Positions 9,633-20,200 of a stretch of DNA of 64,000 nucleotides are shown here, one piece after another. The stretch's first letter is position 1. The number at the start of each line of letters is the position of its first letter. The notes beneath the pieces were generated by a model. The model was not told where the DNA came from. It was given only the letters and a program-made list of their open reading frames with translations, and ran no database searches. A program made the position numbers and the translations under genes. Origin of the DNA: an uncultured bacterium (GTDB lineage: Bacteria; Acidobacteriota; Thermoanaerobaculia; Multivoradales; JAHZIX01); the NCBI GenBank assembly GCA_965368975.1, contig CBDUPA010000003.1, forward strand, positions 160,001-224,000, read 5' to 3'.

Positions 9633-10757
9633 TCAGTCGGCTAGCACCGTCTGGCGGCGCACGGTCAGGTGCTCGATGCGTTCACGGTCGACTTCGACAC
9701 CGAGGCCGGGACGCTCGAAGGGGACGCGCACCCGGCCGTCCTGCATCGTCCACTCGGGCGTCACGATATCTTGCTGCCAGTAGCGCGCGCTGGGTGACAG
9801 GTCCCCGGGCAGCCGAAAGTTGGGTAGGGAAGCCAGCGCCACGTTGTGGGCACGTCCGATTCCGCTCTCGAGCATGCCGCCGCACCACACCGGTACCTCG
9901 TGCGCGGCACACAGGTCGTGCAGCGCGATCGAGATCTGGAAGCCAGCGACGCGGCCCGGCTTGATGTTGAGCACGCGGCCGGCGTCGAGTTGCAGCATGT
10001 GGCGGCCGTGGTCGAGGCTGCACACCGATTCGTCGAGGCAGATCGGAGTGCGCAGCAGCGCCTGCAGGCCGGCGTGATCCACCAGGTCGTCCCACGCTAG
10101 CGGCTGTTCCAGCATGACCAGGTCGAAGTCGTCCAGGCGCTTCAGGTGCTCGGTGTCGTCGAGGCTGTAGGCACTGTTGGCGTCTGCCATCAGGGCGACG
10201 TCGGGGCCGAGTGCCGCGCGTACAGCAGCAACGTGCTCGATGTCGAAGCCGGGTTTGATCTTCAGCTTGATCTTGCGATACCCAGCGCCGATAGCGGCTA
10301 CGGCTTTGGCGGCCTGAGCCTGGGGCGTCGGCTCGATGCCCATCGAAATACCGGTGGCGACCGTCGCACGCTCGCCGCCCAGGAGTTGTGCCAGGGCGAC
10401 GCCGCGCAACTCGGCTTCGAGCGCCCAGCAGCCCATCTCGAGCGCCCCGCGGGCCATCTCGTGCCCGCGGATGCCCGGTCGTAGCAGGTCGTGGACCTGA
10501 CGGGCGCTGTCGATCTTCTGGCCCAGCAGCCGCGGTGCTAGCCACTCCCGTAGGGCCAGCCAGGCAGTGTCGATGGTCTCGGGCGAATAGCGGGGTGTCT
10601 CGAGCGCGACACACTCGCTCCAGCTGTGGGCACCTTGGGTGTCGGTCAGTTCCAGCAGCAGGATGCGGCGTTCTTGCACCGCGCCCATGGAGGTGACGAA
10701 AGGCTCCCGCAGGGGCAGCCGGATTTCGCGCAGCTCGAGGCGCTCGACGCACAGCAT
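9633..10757 (-). CDS. menC: o-succinylbenzoate synthase / N-succinylamino acid racemase (enolase superfamily, NSAR/OSBS subfamily)
   Basis: KLKIKPG (KxK), DAN, EQP, DES, NIKPGRV and WCGGMLE motifs. No other men genes nearby. Confidence 0.88.
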   Translation of the reverse strand: MLCVERLELREIRLPLREPFVTSMGAVQERRILLLELTDTQGAHSWSECVALETPRYSPETIDTAWLALREWLAPRLLGQKIDSARQVHDLLRPGIRGHEMARGALEMGCWALEAELRGVALAQLLGGERATVATGISMGIEPTPQAQAAKAVAAIGAGYRKIKLKIKPGFDIEHVAAVRAALGPDVALMADANSAYSLDDTEHLKRLDDFDLVMLEQPLAWDDLVDHAGLQALLRTPICLDESVCSLDHGRHMLQLDAGRVLNIKPGRVAGFQISIALHDLCAAHEVPVWCGGMLESGIGRAHNVALASLPNFRLPGDLSPSARYWQQDIVTPEWTMQDGRVRVPFERPGLGVEVDRERIEHLTVRRQTVLAD

Positions 10758-10758
10758 C

Positions 10759-11634
10759 TCAGGTTCGTTCCAATTCGTAGTAACAGAGCGCGGCGGGATC
10801 CTTAGAACCGGTCCGGCACAGGCGGGCGACGATGTAGCCGTGACTCAAATAGTACGGCAGCGCCCGCCGAGTCGCATGACGATACCGGATCGCCATTGCG
10901 GCGTCGATCTCTTTGAGCGCCTGGATGTCGCCCGGGATCGCGATACGCACGAAGGTGCTCAGGGGCAACTCGACGCTCTCGTCGGCGGCGTCGCTGTCCA
11001 GTACCGGTGCCTCGTCCCAGGCTGCTTCACGTTCACGTTCGCCGACCGGATCGCGATTCAGGTCCCACGCCGCGATCAGGCGGTCGGTGCCGATGCCCCG
11101 GTGCAAGGGACTGCTGGAGCCGTCACCGTAGATGTTCACCACGTACTCTTGCATTCGACAGTGCAGTCGATTGATGTTCAGATAGGCGTTGCGGGCGACG
11201 AGCGGGTCGAAGGTCCAGTTCATCTCCGCCACGCCGAGGTCCACCAACTGGTCGCGCTGGTATTGCTTCAACATCGTACCCACGCCCCGGTTGCGCCACT
11301 GCAGATCGACGGCCAGCATGTGTGACCAATGAATCAGTTTGCCCTTGCGCAGGCCCGTGAGGCCATACACCATTCCGATCAGGTGTCCATCGGCGTCGAA
11401 GGCACCGGCAGCCACGCCGCCGAGCTTGCGGCAAATCATGAACAGAGCCGGAGGGACACATTCGGGGTAGTCCTGCCCCCAGGTACGTCGCTGCATCTCC
11501 ACGGCAGCTCGAAAGTCCTCCTGGCTATCCAGGTCGCGCAGGGTCGGCGGCGCTTGACTGACGGGCCTGGATGGTGACTCGGCTGAGTCCCGCGACTGTG
11601 GCCTCGGGGCTCCGGATGCGTTGGTGTCACTCAT
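10759..11634 (-). CDS. GNAT-family acyltransferase (probable D-amino acid N-succinyltransferase)
   Basis: WSHMLAV..RNRGVG..LK..QR, WTFDPLVARNAYLN and TDRL motifs. Its stop codon abuts the NSAR/OSBS start. Confidence 0.82.
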   Translation of the reverse strand: MSDTNASGAPRPQSRDSAESPSRPVSQAPPTLRDLDSQEDFRAAVEMQRRTWGQDYPECVPPALFMICRKLGGVAAGAFDADGHLIGMVYGLTGLRKGKLIHWSHMLAVDLQWRNRGVGTMLKQYQRDQLVDLGVAEMNWTFDPLVARNAYLNINRLHCRMQEYVVNIYGDGSSSPLHRGIGTDRLIAAWDLNRDPVGEREREAAWDEAPVLDSDAADESVELPLSTFVRIAIPGDIQALKEIDAAMAIRYRHATRRALPYYLSHGYIVARLCRTGSKDPAALCYYELERT

Positions 11635-11719
11635 GGTACGCGGTATTCTACGTCAACATCGGGTGCTCGTATACCCATTTCCGATACCTAGAGAGTCTAG
11701 AAAGGATAGTAGAATTCCT

Positions 11720-12634
11720 TTGAAGGTTACTTTTATCAGCCGTAAGGGAGGTGTCGGCAAGACCACGAGCGCGGTCAATCTGGCCGCGGAGCTGGCCGCA
11801 CTAGGGCATCGTGTGTTGCTCATCGACCTCGATGCACAGTGTTCGGCTTCGTTGTCGCTGGGGGTCGAACGCCGGTTCCTAGCTCCCTCGATATCGGACG
11901 TCTTGACCTCTGAGCGCACGCTCGTCGAGGTCATCCGGCCATCGTCGGTCCCTGGCCTCGATTTGGTCACCGGTTCGGTCGATCTCGCCGACCTGGAATT
12001 GCGCATGCTGCAGGTTCCGAAGCGCGAGCAACTTCTGCGGCGCATATTCGATGCCGAAGAGCTGGAGTACGACTTCGTCCTGTTCGACTGTCCCGCTGGC
12101 CTCGGACTGCTACCACGTGCGTCGCTCCTGGCCGCCGAGGTGTTTCTCATCCCGATCGCACCCCAGTTCCTGATCCTCGACGGTCTGAACAACTTCCTGG
12201 CTGCGATCGGCCGCCACTGCCAACGCTTGCAGGTGCGTCCACGCCTGCTCGGCGTGCTGTTGACGCAGGTGGATTACCGGGTCAACGTTACCCGCCAGTA
12301 TGTCAACGAGTTGCGCTCAGACTACGGCAGCTGGATCTTCGGCGTCGAGGTGCGCACCAATGTGCGTGTCGCAGAGGCGCCCAGTTATGGAGTACCTGTG
12401 CGCGAGTATGCGCCCAAGTCGACCGGTGCCGCGGCTTACCGTCTACTGGCCGAGGAGTTCCTGATGCGCTGCGAAGGGAGGGAAGACGTAGCGGTGGAGA
12501 CGGCGCAGCCGGTTGCTGGACATCGAGTCACCGTTACGCCGGCGGGGAAGGGCGGGGAAACTGAAAGGGGGCAAAAATATGCCCGCCATCCGCTTGGAGC
12601 GGCGGCGGGCAAAGCCGTTGTTCCTCTCACATGA
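11720..12634 (+). CDS. ParA/Soj-family ATPase (orphan)
   Basis: Deviant Walker A KGGVGKTT, IDLDAQ, DCPAG and EAPSYG. Probable TTG start at 11720. No parB in the window. Confidence 0.88.
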   Translation: MKVTFISRKGGVGKTTSAVNLAAELAALGHRVLLIDLDAQCSASLSLGVERRFLAPSISDVLTSERTLVEVIRPSSVPGLDLVTGSVDLADLELRMLQVPKREQLLRRIFDAEELEYDFVLFDCPAGLGLLPRASLLAAEVFLIPIAPQFLILDGLNNFLAAIGRHCQRLQVRPRLLGVLLTQVDYRVNVTRQYVNELRSDYGSWIFGVEVRTNVRVAEAPSYGVPVREYAPKSTGAAAYRLLAEEFLMRCEGREDVAVETAQPVAGHRVTVTPAGKGGETERGQKYARHPLGAAAGKAVVPLT

Positions 12635-12773
12635 TGAGACAGGCACGATCGGCGAAATTCTCGGTTCCTCGGGAGTTCTGGGCGGGATTCCAAAGGTTTT
12701 TGACATCGCCTGCTTGGTTATGCCACGATCCACAGGTTGTTGTTGAAATTACCTGAATGACCGACAAGGGATC

Positions 12774-13703
12774 TTGATGATCGACCCTGCTTCCAACTCG
12801 TTGCGCGTCCTGATCGTGGATGACGACGCGGTTGACCGCTTGGCGGTGCGCAGAATTCTCGAACGGAAGCAGATCGCACACACGATCGAAGAGCGAGGCT
12901 ACCTCGTGGACGGTCTGAAGGCTGTCGAAGAAGGCAAGTTCGACGTGGCGCTGGTGGACCACAACCTGCCTGACGGCGACGCCTTCGGTTTCTTACGTTC
13001 GCTGGATGAACGAGCTCTGCACGGCCCGCCGGTCGTGGTGATGACCGGCGCCGAGCAAGAGGAGCTCGGGCTCGAACTCTTGGCCGCTGGCGCGCAGGAT
13101 TACCTGCTCAAGGGGGACATCAACCGCAGTAGCCTGGAACGCGCGCTGCGCTACGCTGTTGAGCGTCACCGCATCCAGCGGCAGCTCGACGAAGCCAACG
13201 AGCGCTTGGAAGCGTTGAGTCGCCAGGATCCCCTGACCGAGGTGCTCAACCGTCGCGGTCTGGAAGCGTTGTTGAACGTGGAGCGCAGCCGTTCGCAGCG
13301 TCGTGGTCTCGACCTGGTGGCCCTGTTGATCGACTGCGACGACTTCAAGCGCATCAACGACGAACTCGGCCACGCAGCTGGCGACCAGGTGCTGATGCAG
13401 ATCGCCGAGTTGCTGGGCGAGGCGACGCGCGCCGTGGATCACGTGGCGCGCATCGGCGGTGACGAGTTTCTGATCCTGGTCTCTGAGACGCACTTGGATG
13501 CGGCCCTCGAGGTTGCTGAGCGGGTGCGTCGCAAGGTCTCCGAGAAGCCGCTCAGCGTGCCCGGCGGCGAGGTCGAGATGACGGTGAGTATCGGTGCCGC
13601 CAACGTCACCTATGCACCCGATGTGCACAGCCTGGTGATCGCGACGCAGGAAGCCCTGCGTCAGGCGAAGCAGAAGGGCAAAGACCGGGTGATGGCGGGC
13701 TGA
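12774..13703 (+). CDS. Response regulator diguanylate cyclase (REC-GGDEF)
   Basis: VLIVDDD / VDHNLPD receiver, DPLTEVLNRR, FKRINDELGH, intact GGDEF with RxxD I-site (RAVD). Confidence 0.93.
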   Translation: MMIDPASNSLRVLIVDDDAVDRLAVRRILERKQIAHTIEERGYLVDGLKAVEEGKFDVALVDHNLPDGDAFGFLRSLDERALHGPPVVVMTGAEQEELGLELLAAGAQDYLLKGDINRSSLERALRYAVERHRIQRQLDEANERLEALSRQDPLTEVLNRRGLEALLNVERSRSQRRGLDLVALLIDCDDFKRINDELGHAAGDQVLMQIAELLGEATRAVDHVARIGGDEFLILVSETHLDAALEVAERVRRKVSEKPLSVPGGEVEMTVSIGAANVTYAPDVHSLVIATQEALRQAKQKGKDRVMAG

Positions 13704-13740
13704 GCCCGCCATCGAAATCCCCACCTCTGACAGGATGTCG

Positions 13741-16700
13741 CTAGGGGACGACGGTCCAGCCCCCGAGAGTGCCAGACTCGAAGTCGTCGCTCTTGAGCAT
13801 CTGCAGCACTCGGGGAGCGAGTGCGAAGTCGGCTCGGATCGGAGTATCGCCGGTGAGCTGCAGTGAGTAGCCCTGGTCCGGATCGCATTGACCGGCGAAG
13901 GCTGAGCCATTCGGACAATCGACGCCCACGTAGACCTGTTCGGCGTACCCCAGGCTGTTGCGGGATGAGACGAGATAGGTACTCGTATCCAGCGCCTGGT
14001 AGTAGTGACCGTTCGCGTTCGTGGTAGCCGTAGCGACCAGGGTCGAGTCCTGGGCGTTCCAGATGTCGATCTGCACGTTCTCCAAGGCTGCACCGGTGCC
14101 AGCATCCTTGACGTACCCGTAGAGACCCACCTGTGCCGGGTACTCGACCAGCTGTATGTTCGGTGTCGCCAGATGCGGAGCGGTCATGATCTGCTTACCT
14201 TTGGCTGGGTCACATTGCTGGGAGTAGTACGCGCTGACGCCCAACGGGCACAGGATGCCGTCGTACAGCGTCGGGATCGCAGTCGAGAGTGACGGATCCG
14301 AGCTGACGGTGTAGGTACCCTCGAGGCCGGTGAATCGGAAGTAGCCGTCCGCATCCGTATAGGCACTGGTTGGATTGAAGGGGTTCGGTTGACTGTCCCA
14401 GGCTTCGATTCGCCGCGAAGCGACGCCGGAGCCGTCCACCGCGCTGACCAACCGGCCGGTCAGTACGCCGCGCGGCGCGAGCACGAAGTCGATGGCGGTG
14501 ATCTGCTCGTCTGTGGAGACCGTGAAAACGGTGCCAGTGGTGACGTCGCAGCCGGGAGCAGTGCCGTTGAACGGGCAGGTGACACCGTCGAAGAGCTCAC
14601 CATAGTAGGAGTCGCTGGCGGCAGTGATCGTGTACATGCCTGCCGCGCCTCGCAGCGTGTAGGAGTTGTTGAGGTTTGTTGTCGCGTCGACCTGGTTCCC
14701 GTCTTCGTCCCACAAGCGGACCACGGCGCCATACGCGTTGCCGCCGGTCTCGGTGTCCAAGACGGTGCCGGAGAACGTCGTCCAGGTTTCGAGCTGGAAG
14801 TCGAACCTTCCCAGAGTCGTACCGACCTGGGGGTGGACTGGCGTCCCGTCCGAGATGGGACAGCTGCCGTTCGGCGGACAGTGGACGTTCGGGTAGACCT
14901 CGTTGATGTACCTGGAATCGCAGCCAATACACTTCAAGGCCAGGAGAGTCACCGGCTTGGCAGGGAGTTGGTTCAGCTCGTAGTCACCGTTCGCGTCGGT
15001 CACGTCGCCAGCCACGTAGAAGTCGGGAAGGTCCGGGTCGAACGCGTAGACGTACCAGCGATACAACGGATTTCCCGAGGCGTTGGTGACTCGGCCAGAG
15101 AGCCTGCCGCCTTCCTGCAGCTGCAGATCGATACCGGCGCGGTGTGCGCCGAGAGTCAGCTCGATGTCGACGCCATCTTCGAGGTCGCAGATACCGTTGG
15201 GGCCCAAGCACTGCCCATCCGGGTAGATCTCGTAGAGGTAGCCATTGCCTCCGGCCTCTAAGAAGTAACTTCGCGGACCGAGACCTTGGAAGCTGTACTG
15301 ACCCAGCGTGTCGGTGTACGTCGAACTCATGATGGTGTTCGGTGCGACTCGTAGCTTCACGCGTACCCCGGCTATCGGATTGTCTTCGGTATCCCGAATG
15401 GTACCGGAGATACGGCCAATGTTGCGCAGCTGAAAGTCGATGCCGCTGGTCTCCGTGTGGACCTGCACGGCGACGCGCGTGGCACTGGCGAGATCGCAGC
15501 CGCCGAGAAGCTCACACTCGATTCCGTCGTAGTACTGAGACAGAAAACCGTATCTGCTGGCCTTGACCACGTACTCGCCTGCTGCGAGGCCGCGCTGTAG
15601 GTACGTACCTTGGCTGTCGGTGTAGGCGCGGCCGATCCAGTAGCCGTCCGGGTTCTGAATCTCGACCTCGGCGCCCGCGATGGGAAGGCCATCCTGTTCG
15701 ATGACGGTGCCGCTGATCGCTCCCATGGAGGACAGCTGCATATCGATTCCCGTGACCGTCTGCCCGCTGCTGACTGCGATAGCGGCACCATTGGTTACCC
15801 CGCAGATGGTTGGATCACTCGGACAGTCCAACCCGTTGTAGATCTGACCGATGTAGTACGCCAGCTCGGCGCTGACGTAGTACGTGCCCGCCGGAAGTTT
15901 TTCGAACGCAAAGCTGCCATCGGCTGCCGAAAAGATCCGGTGCAAGTAGTCTCCTTGCGCATCCCAAAGCTCGATTCGCGCTCTGTCGAGTCCCTGCCCC
16001 TCGGGATCGGTGACCATGCCTTGGATGCGCGCCGCGGCGACCAGATCGAAATCGATGCCAGACACGGTCCCGGCTGCAGGAGTGTGCACGGTCTCACCGG
16101 CGTCGACGTCGCACGAGTAGACGCAGGGTTGGTCCCGGTACAGTTCGTCCACGTAGTCGCCGGAGCTCGAAGTGCGAAGCTTGAATCCTTCGTACGGGTA
16201 GTATGAATCCTTGGTGGCCGTCACCGTGTAGCTGCCGTCGGAGTTGGTTGTGGTGCTGCGTTGGAAGTAGCCGTCACTATAAAGGTTCACCTGCACATTC
16301 TGCAGCGGAGCTGCATTCGCCTGTGCGGTTACCGTGCCGCTGATCTCCCCCCCCCCGTTCCGTAGTTGAGTTGGTACTGGCCGCCGCTTCCCTCGAAGCT
16401 GCTGATGCGAATCCAGAGACTCTGGTTGGTGGAGAGTTGGGCACCCAGCGCGGACTGCAGCCCGAAAGCATCGTCATTGCAGGAAACCTGGTTGTTGGCG
16501 GTTCCTGGGCATTCGAGATGTACTGACAGGACGGTGTCGAAGTCGGATCCGATCGTGTCAGCTGCGAATCGAAGGTACGAGGGCGAGCTGACGCGGTACC
16601 AGACGTCGCCATCGCCTTGGCCTCCGCAGCCAGTACTACCATCGAGGGTGGCTCCCGCGAGCGAACCGGTGTAGCTACCGAAGGCAATCAGCGGAGCGGT

Positions 16701-17114
16701 CTCGCAGGTATCCGAACCCGGCTGCGCGATGATGGCCTTCTCGGCGATGAGCGGGGGCGACACGAGCGCTCGCATCGCCTGGACTTCGCCCTCCGCGCGC
16801 GTCTCGCTTGTGGCACACATCGTCTCGGCCGCACGCTGTAGGTTTTCGACCAGCGGTAGTAGCGCGTCGAACTTGGGCGCCAGCTCGGAGAGGTCGGTGC
16901 GTAGGAGTAGCCACTTGGCCTCGAAGCTCCGGCTCGCCGCGCGCGCTTCTTCGCAGGTCGAGAGATCTGCGGTGGCGATGCGGTGCAGCACGCGGCGCAG
17001 TTCGTCGTCGAAGTCCTGCAGTTGATCGGCTGGCGTGCTAGCTCGAGCCGTGCTGGTGCAGCAAACGACGAGGGCAAAGAGTGTGAGCCCACGAAGGGCG
17101 ATGCCGAAACGCAT
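13741..17114 (-). pseudogene. Array paralog 1 (short type, ~1,123 aa if repaired), split by a frameshift in a G10 homopolymer
   Basis: ORFs 16329-17114 and 13741-16296 align co-linearly with the N- and C-terminal parts of the neighbouring 1136-aa paralog. The break falls exactly at C10 (16347-16356). Ends SDDFESGTLGGWTVVP. Confidence 0.85.
16347..16356. repeat. C10/G10 homopolymer at the frameshift site
   Basis: Sequence tgatct-CCCCCCCCCC-gttccgta. G8 or G11 would restore the reading frame. Confidence 0.9.
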
Positions 17115-17269
17115 GGGGGGTCTCCAAAAGTTGTTCGGGAAGGTGCTCGGGACGGACTTGCGTCCCGAGCGTGTGCACTCGTCTCTTTAGACAGCCACTG
17201 TGCTTCGTTTTTGCACCATGAAGCGCACTTTGTCTTCTGCAACTTCCATTTTCAGCTGACTGGCGTAGC

Positions 17270-20200
17270 TCAGGGCAGTGCTGGCTCGACCGTCCAGCCA
17301 TCTAGCGTGCCGGACTCGAAGCCGTCGCGCTTGAGCACCTCTCGGGGCGTGAGCGCGAAGTCGGCTCGGATCGGAATGTTGCCGGTGAGGTCCAGCGTAT
17401 AGCCCTGGTTCGGCTGGCACGGGCCGTAGAAGGCGGAGCCGGCGAGGCAGGCGACTCCGACATAGACCTGTTCCACGTGGCCCGGGCTGTTGCGAGTGGA
17501 GACGAAGTACGTCCCGACGCTCAGCGCTTGGTAGTAGTGACCGTTCGCGTCCGTGGTGGCGGTGGCGGCCAGGGTCGAGTCCTGGGCGTTCCAGATGTCG
17601 ACGGCCACACCCGCCAGTCCGTCGCCGGAGGTCTCGTCTGTCACGTAGCCGTAGAGTCCCACCTGTTGCGGATACTCCATCATCAGGATGCTCGGCGCAG
17701 CTTGGTTGGCGCCGATCACGATCGGCTTGCCTTTGGCGGGCTCGCATTCTCTGGAATAGTAGGAACTTACACCGAGTGGGCACAAGATACCGTCGAACAA
17801 GGTCGGGATAGCATTGCTAGGCGGATCGGTGCTCACCGTGAAGGTGCCGACGAGACCAGTGAAGCGGAAGTAGCCGTCGGCATCGGTATAGACCGAGGGA
17901 GGACTGAACGGGCTGGGCTGCAGATCCCATGCTTCGATGAGCCGGGAAGCGACGCCGGAGCCATCGACCGCGCTGACCAACCGTCCCGTGAGTACGCCGC
18001 GCGGCTCGAGCACGAAGTCGATGTCGGTGATCTGCTGATCTGTCGATACATTGAAAACCGTGCCGGTGGTGACGTCGCAAGTAGGGACTCTGCCGTTGAA
18101 TGGACAGGCGATGTCATCGAAAACTTCGCCATGGTAGGAGTCGCTGGCGGCGGTGACCGTGAACTTGCCGCTGGCGCCTCGCAGGGTGAACGGGTTGCCG
18201 GAACTGGTCCTAGCCCAATCTACCTGGTTGCCGTTCTCGTCCCAGAGGCGGATCTCGGTATACCTTGCCTTGCCTCCGGTCTCCGAATCGTAAATGGTAC
18301 CCGTGAAGGTGGTCCACATCCCGATCTGAAAGTCGAAGCTGCCCAGACTCGTTTCGACCTGAGGCGTGACGCGCAGTCCGTCGGTGATGGGGCAGCTGCG
18401 GTCTGGCAGGCAGTGGACGTTCGGGTAGATCTCGTTGATGTACTCGGAGCTACATCCGGAACACCTCGAGGCCTTGAGGTAGACAGGCGTGGGGGGTAGG
18501 TGTTCGAGTACATAGTTTCCGTTTATGTCGGTCAACGCGAAAGCCAGGTTGTAGTCGATGGTGTTCGGGTCAAAGGCATACACCCCCCAACGATGGAGAG
18601 GCGCGCCGGTAGTATCGGTGATCCGGCCGAACAAGCGACCACCTTCCTGCAACTGCAGGTCGATACCGCTGCGATGGGCGCCGAGTGTCATCTCGATACC
18701 GGTCCCCTCTGCGAACTCACAGGTACCGTTGTTGCCCAGGCAGGGCCCGTCGGGATAGATCTCCCAGACATAGCCGTTGCCACCGGCCATCACGTAGTAC
18801 GTACCCTCTCCCAGGCCATCGAATTCGTACTGACCCAGAGCATCAGTGTAGGTCGAGTCCCGAATACTAGGCTCCGAGGTCCGCAGGTAGATGCGTATGT
18901 CGGCTAGCGGGTAGTTGTCGGTATCCCGGATGGAGCCGGAGATGCGACCGGTATTGTTCAGCTGGAAATCGATCCCTGCAGTCTCGGTGTCGGCCTGCAC
19001 CGTTATCCGCGTCGCGCTGGCGAGGTCACAGGACTCATTGCCGAGAAATCCGCATGGGAGGCCGTCGTAGTACTGGGACGAGAAGCCGTTTCTGCCGACC
19101 AGCACTAGATACTCTCCTGCTGCCAGACCTTGTTGTTCGTAGTGACCCTGGCTGTCCGTGGAGACCTGGGAGATCAAGGTGCCATCCGGAGTTTGAGTTT
19201 TGACGCTAGCGCTGGAGATCGGGGTGCCGTCCTGATCGACTACCGTGCCGCTGATCGAGCCCTCTTTACCCAGCTGCATGTCGATGCCGGTGACGCTCTG
19301 GCCGACGGCGACCGGGATGACGGTTCCGCGGGACAGAATACAGTTGGCAGTCAAGCCATGGGCGCAAGCCTGCCCGTCGTAGACTTCATTGACAAAACTA
19401 CTCGCATGAGACCTGACGAAGTACTTGCCCGCGGGGAGCCTGGTGAAGGCGTAGCTGCCATCAGCGGCCGAGAAGACCTGGTGCAGTTGCTCGCCCAGGT
19501 CATCCCACAGTTCGACCTCGATGTTCCGCAGACCCGTTCCCGAAGTGTCGGTGATCGTGCCCGCGATCCGCGCGGCCGGTGACAGTGCGAAGTCGATACC
19601 GGCGGCCGTACCACTTGCCGGTGGGGTTACTTCCTGGCCGAAGCCGGTGTTGCCGAGTTCCCGATCGCAGGGGGAGATGCACGGCTGGTCCTGGTAGACC
19701 TCGTCGATGTAGTCCTCGGAACCCGAGGCGCGAACCTTGAAGCCTTCGTAGTGCAGGCTACTGGTGGGAGCGCTGTAGCTGCCATCGGCGTCGGTGGTGA
19801 CGCTGCCGACAAAGGAGTAGTCGTGGTAGACGCTCACCTGCGCGCCCTCCAAGGGAGCCCCGTCGGCTTCCGCGGTGACCGTGCCGGCGATGCTACCCCC
19901 TATGCCGTAGTTCAGCTGATACTGGCCTCCGATCCCGTCGAAGCTGCTGATCCGGATCCACACACTCTGGTTGGCAGAGACCTCGGACAGCAAGGCCGAC
20001 TGCAGACCAGCGGTGTCGTCGTCGCACGCAATCTGGTTACTGGTCGTACCTGGGCACTCCAGGTGTACCGACACTACGGTGTCGAAGTCGGAGCCGAAGG
20101 TGTCGACCAGGAAGCGGAGGTACGAGGGCGAGTCGACGCGATACCACACGTCGCCGCTGCCCTGGCCGCCGCAGCCAGTGCTGCCGTCGAGCGTGGTTCC

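Noticed and set aside
9633-10757. Menaquinone biosynthesis locus
   Set aside because: No menB/D/E/F/H nearby; the GNAT and M20 context points to the racemase role.
17130-17269. c-di-GMP-I riboswitch (GGGACGCAA on the coding strand)
   Set aside because: The upstream GGCAAA...GAAA stem and the downstream P3 elements are not evident. An Rfam scan would settle it.
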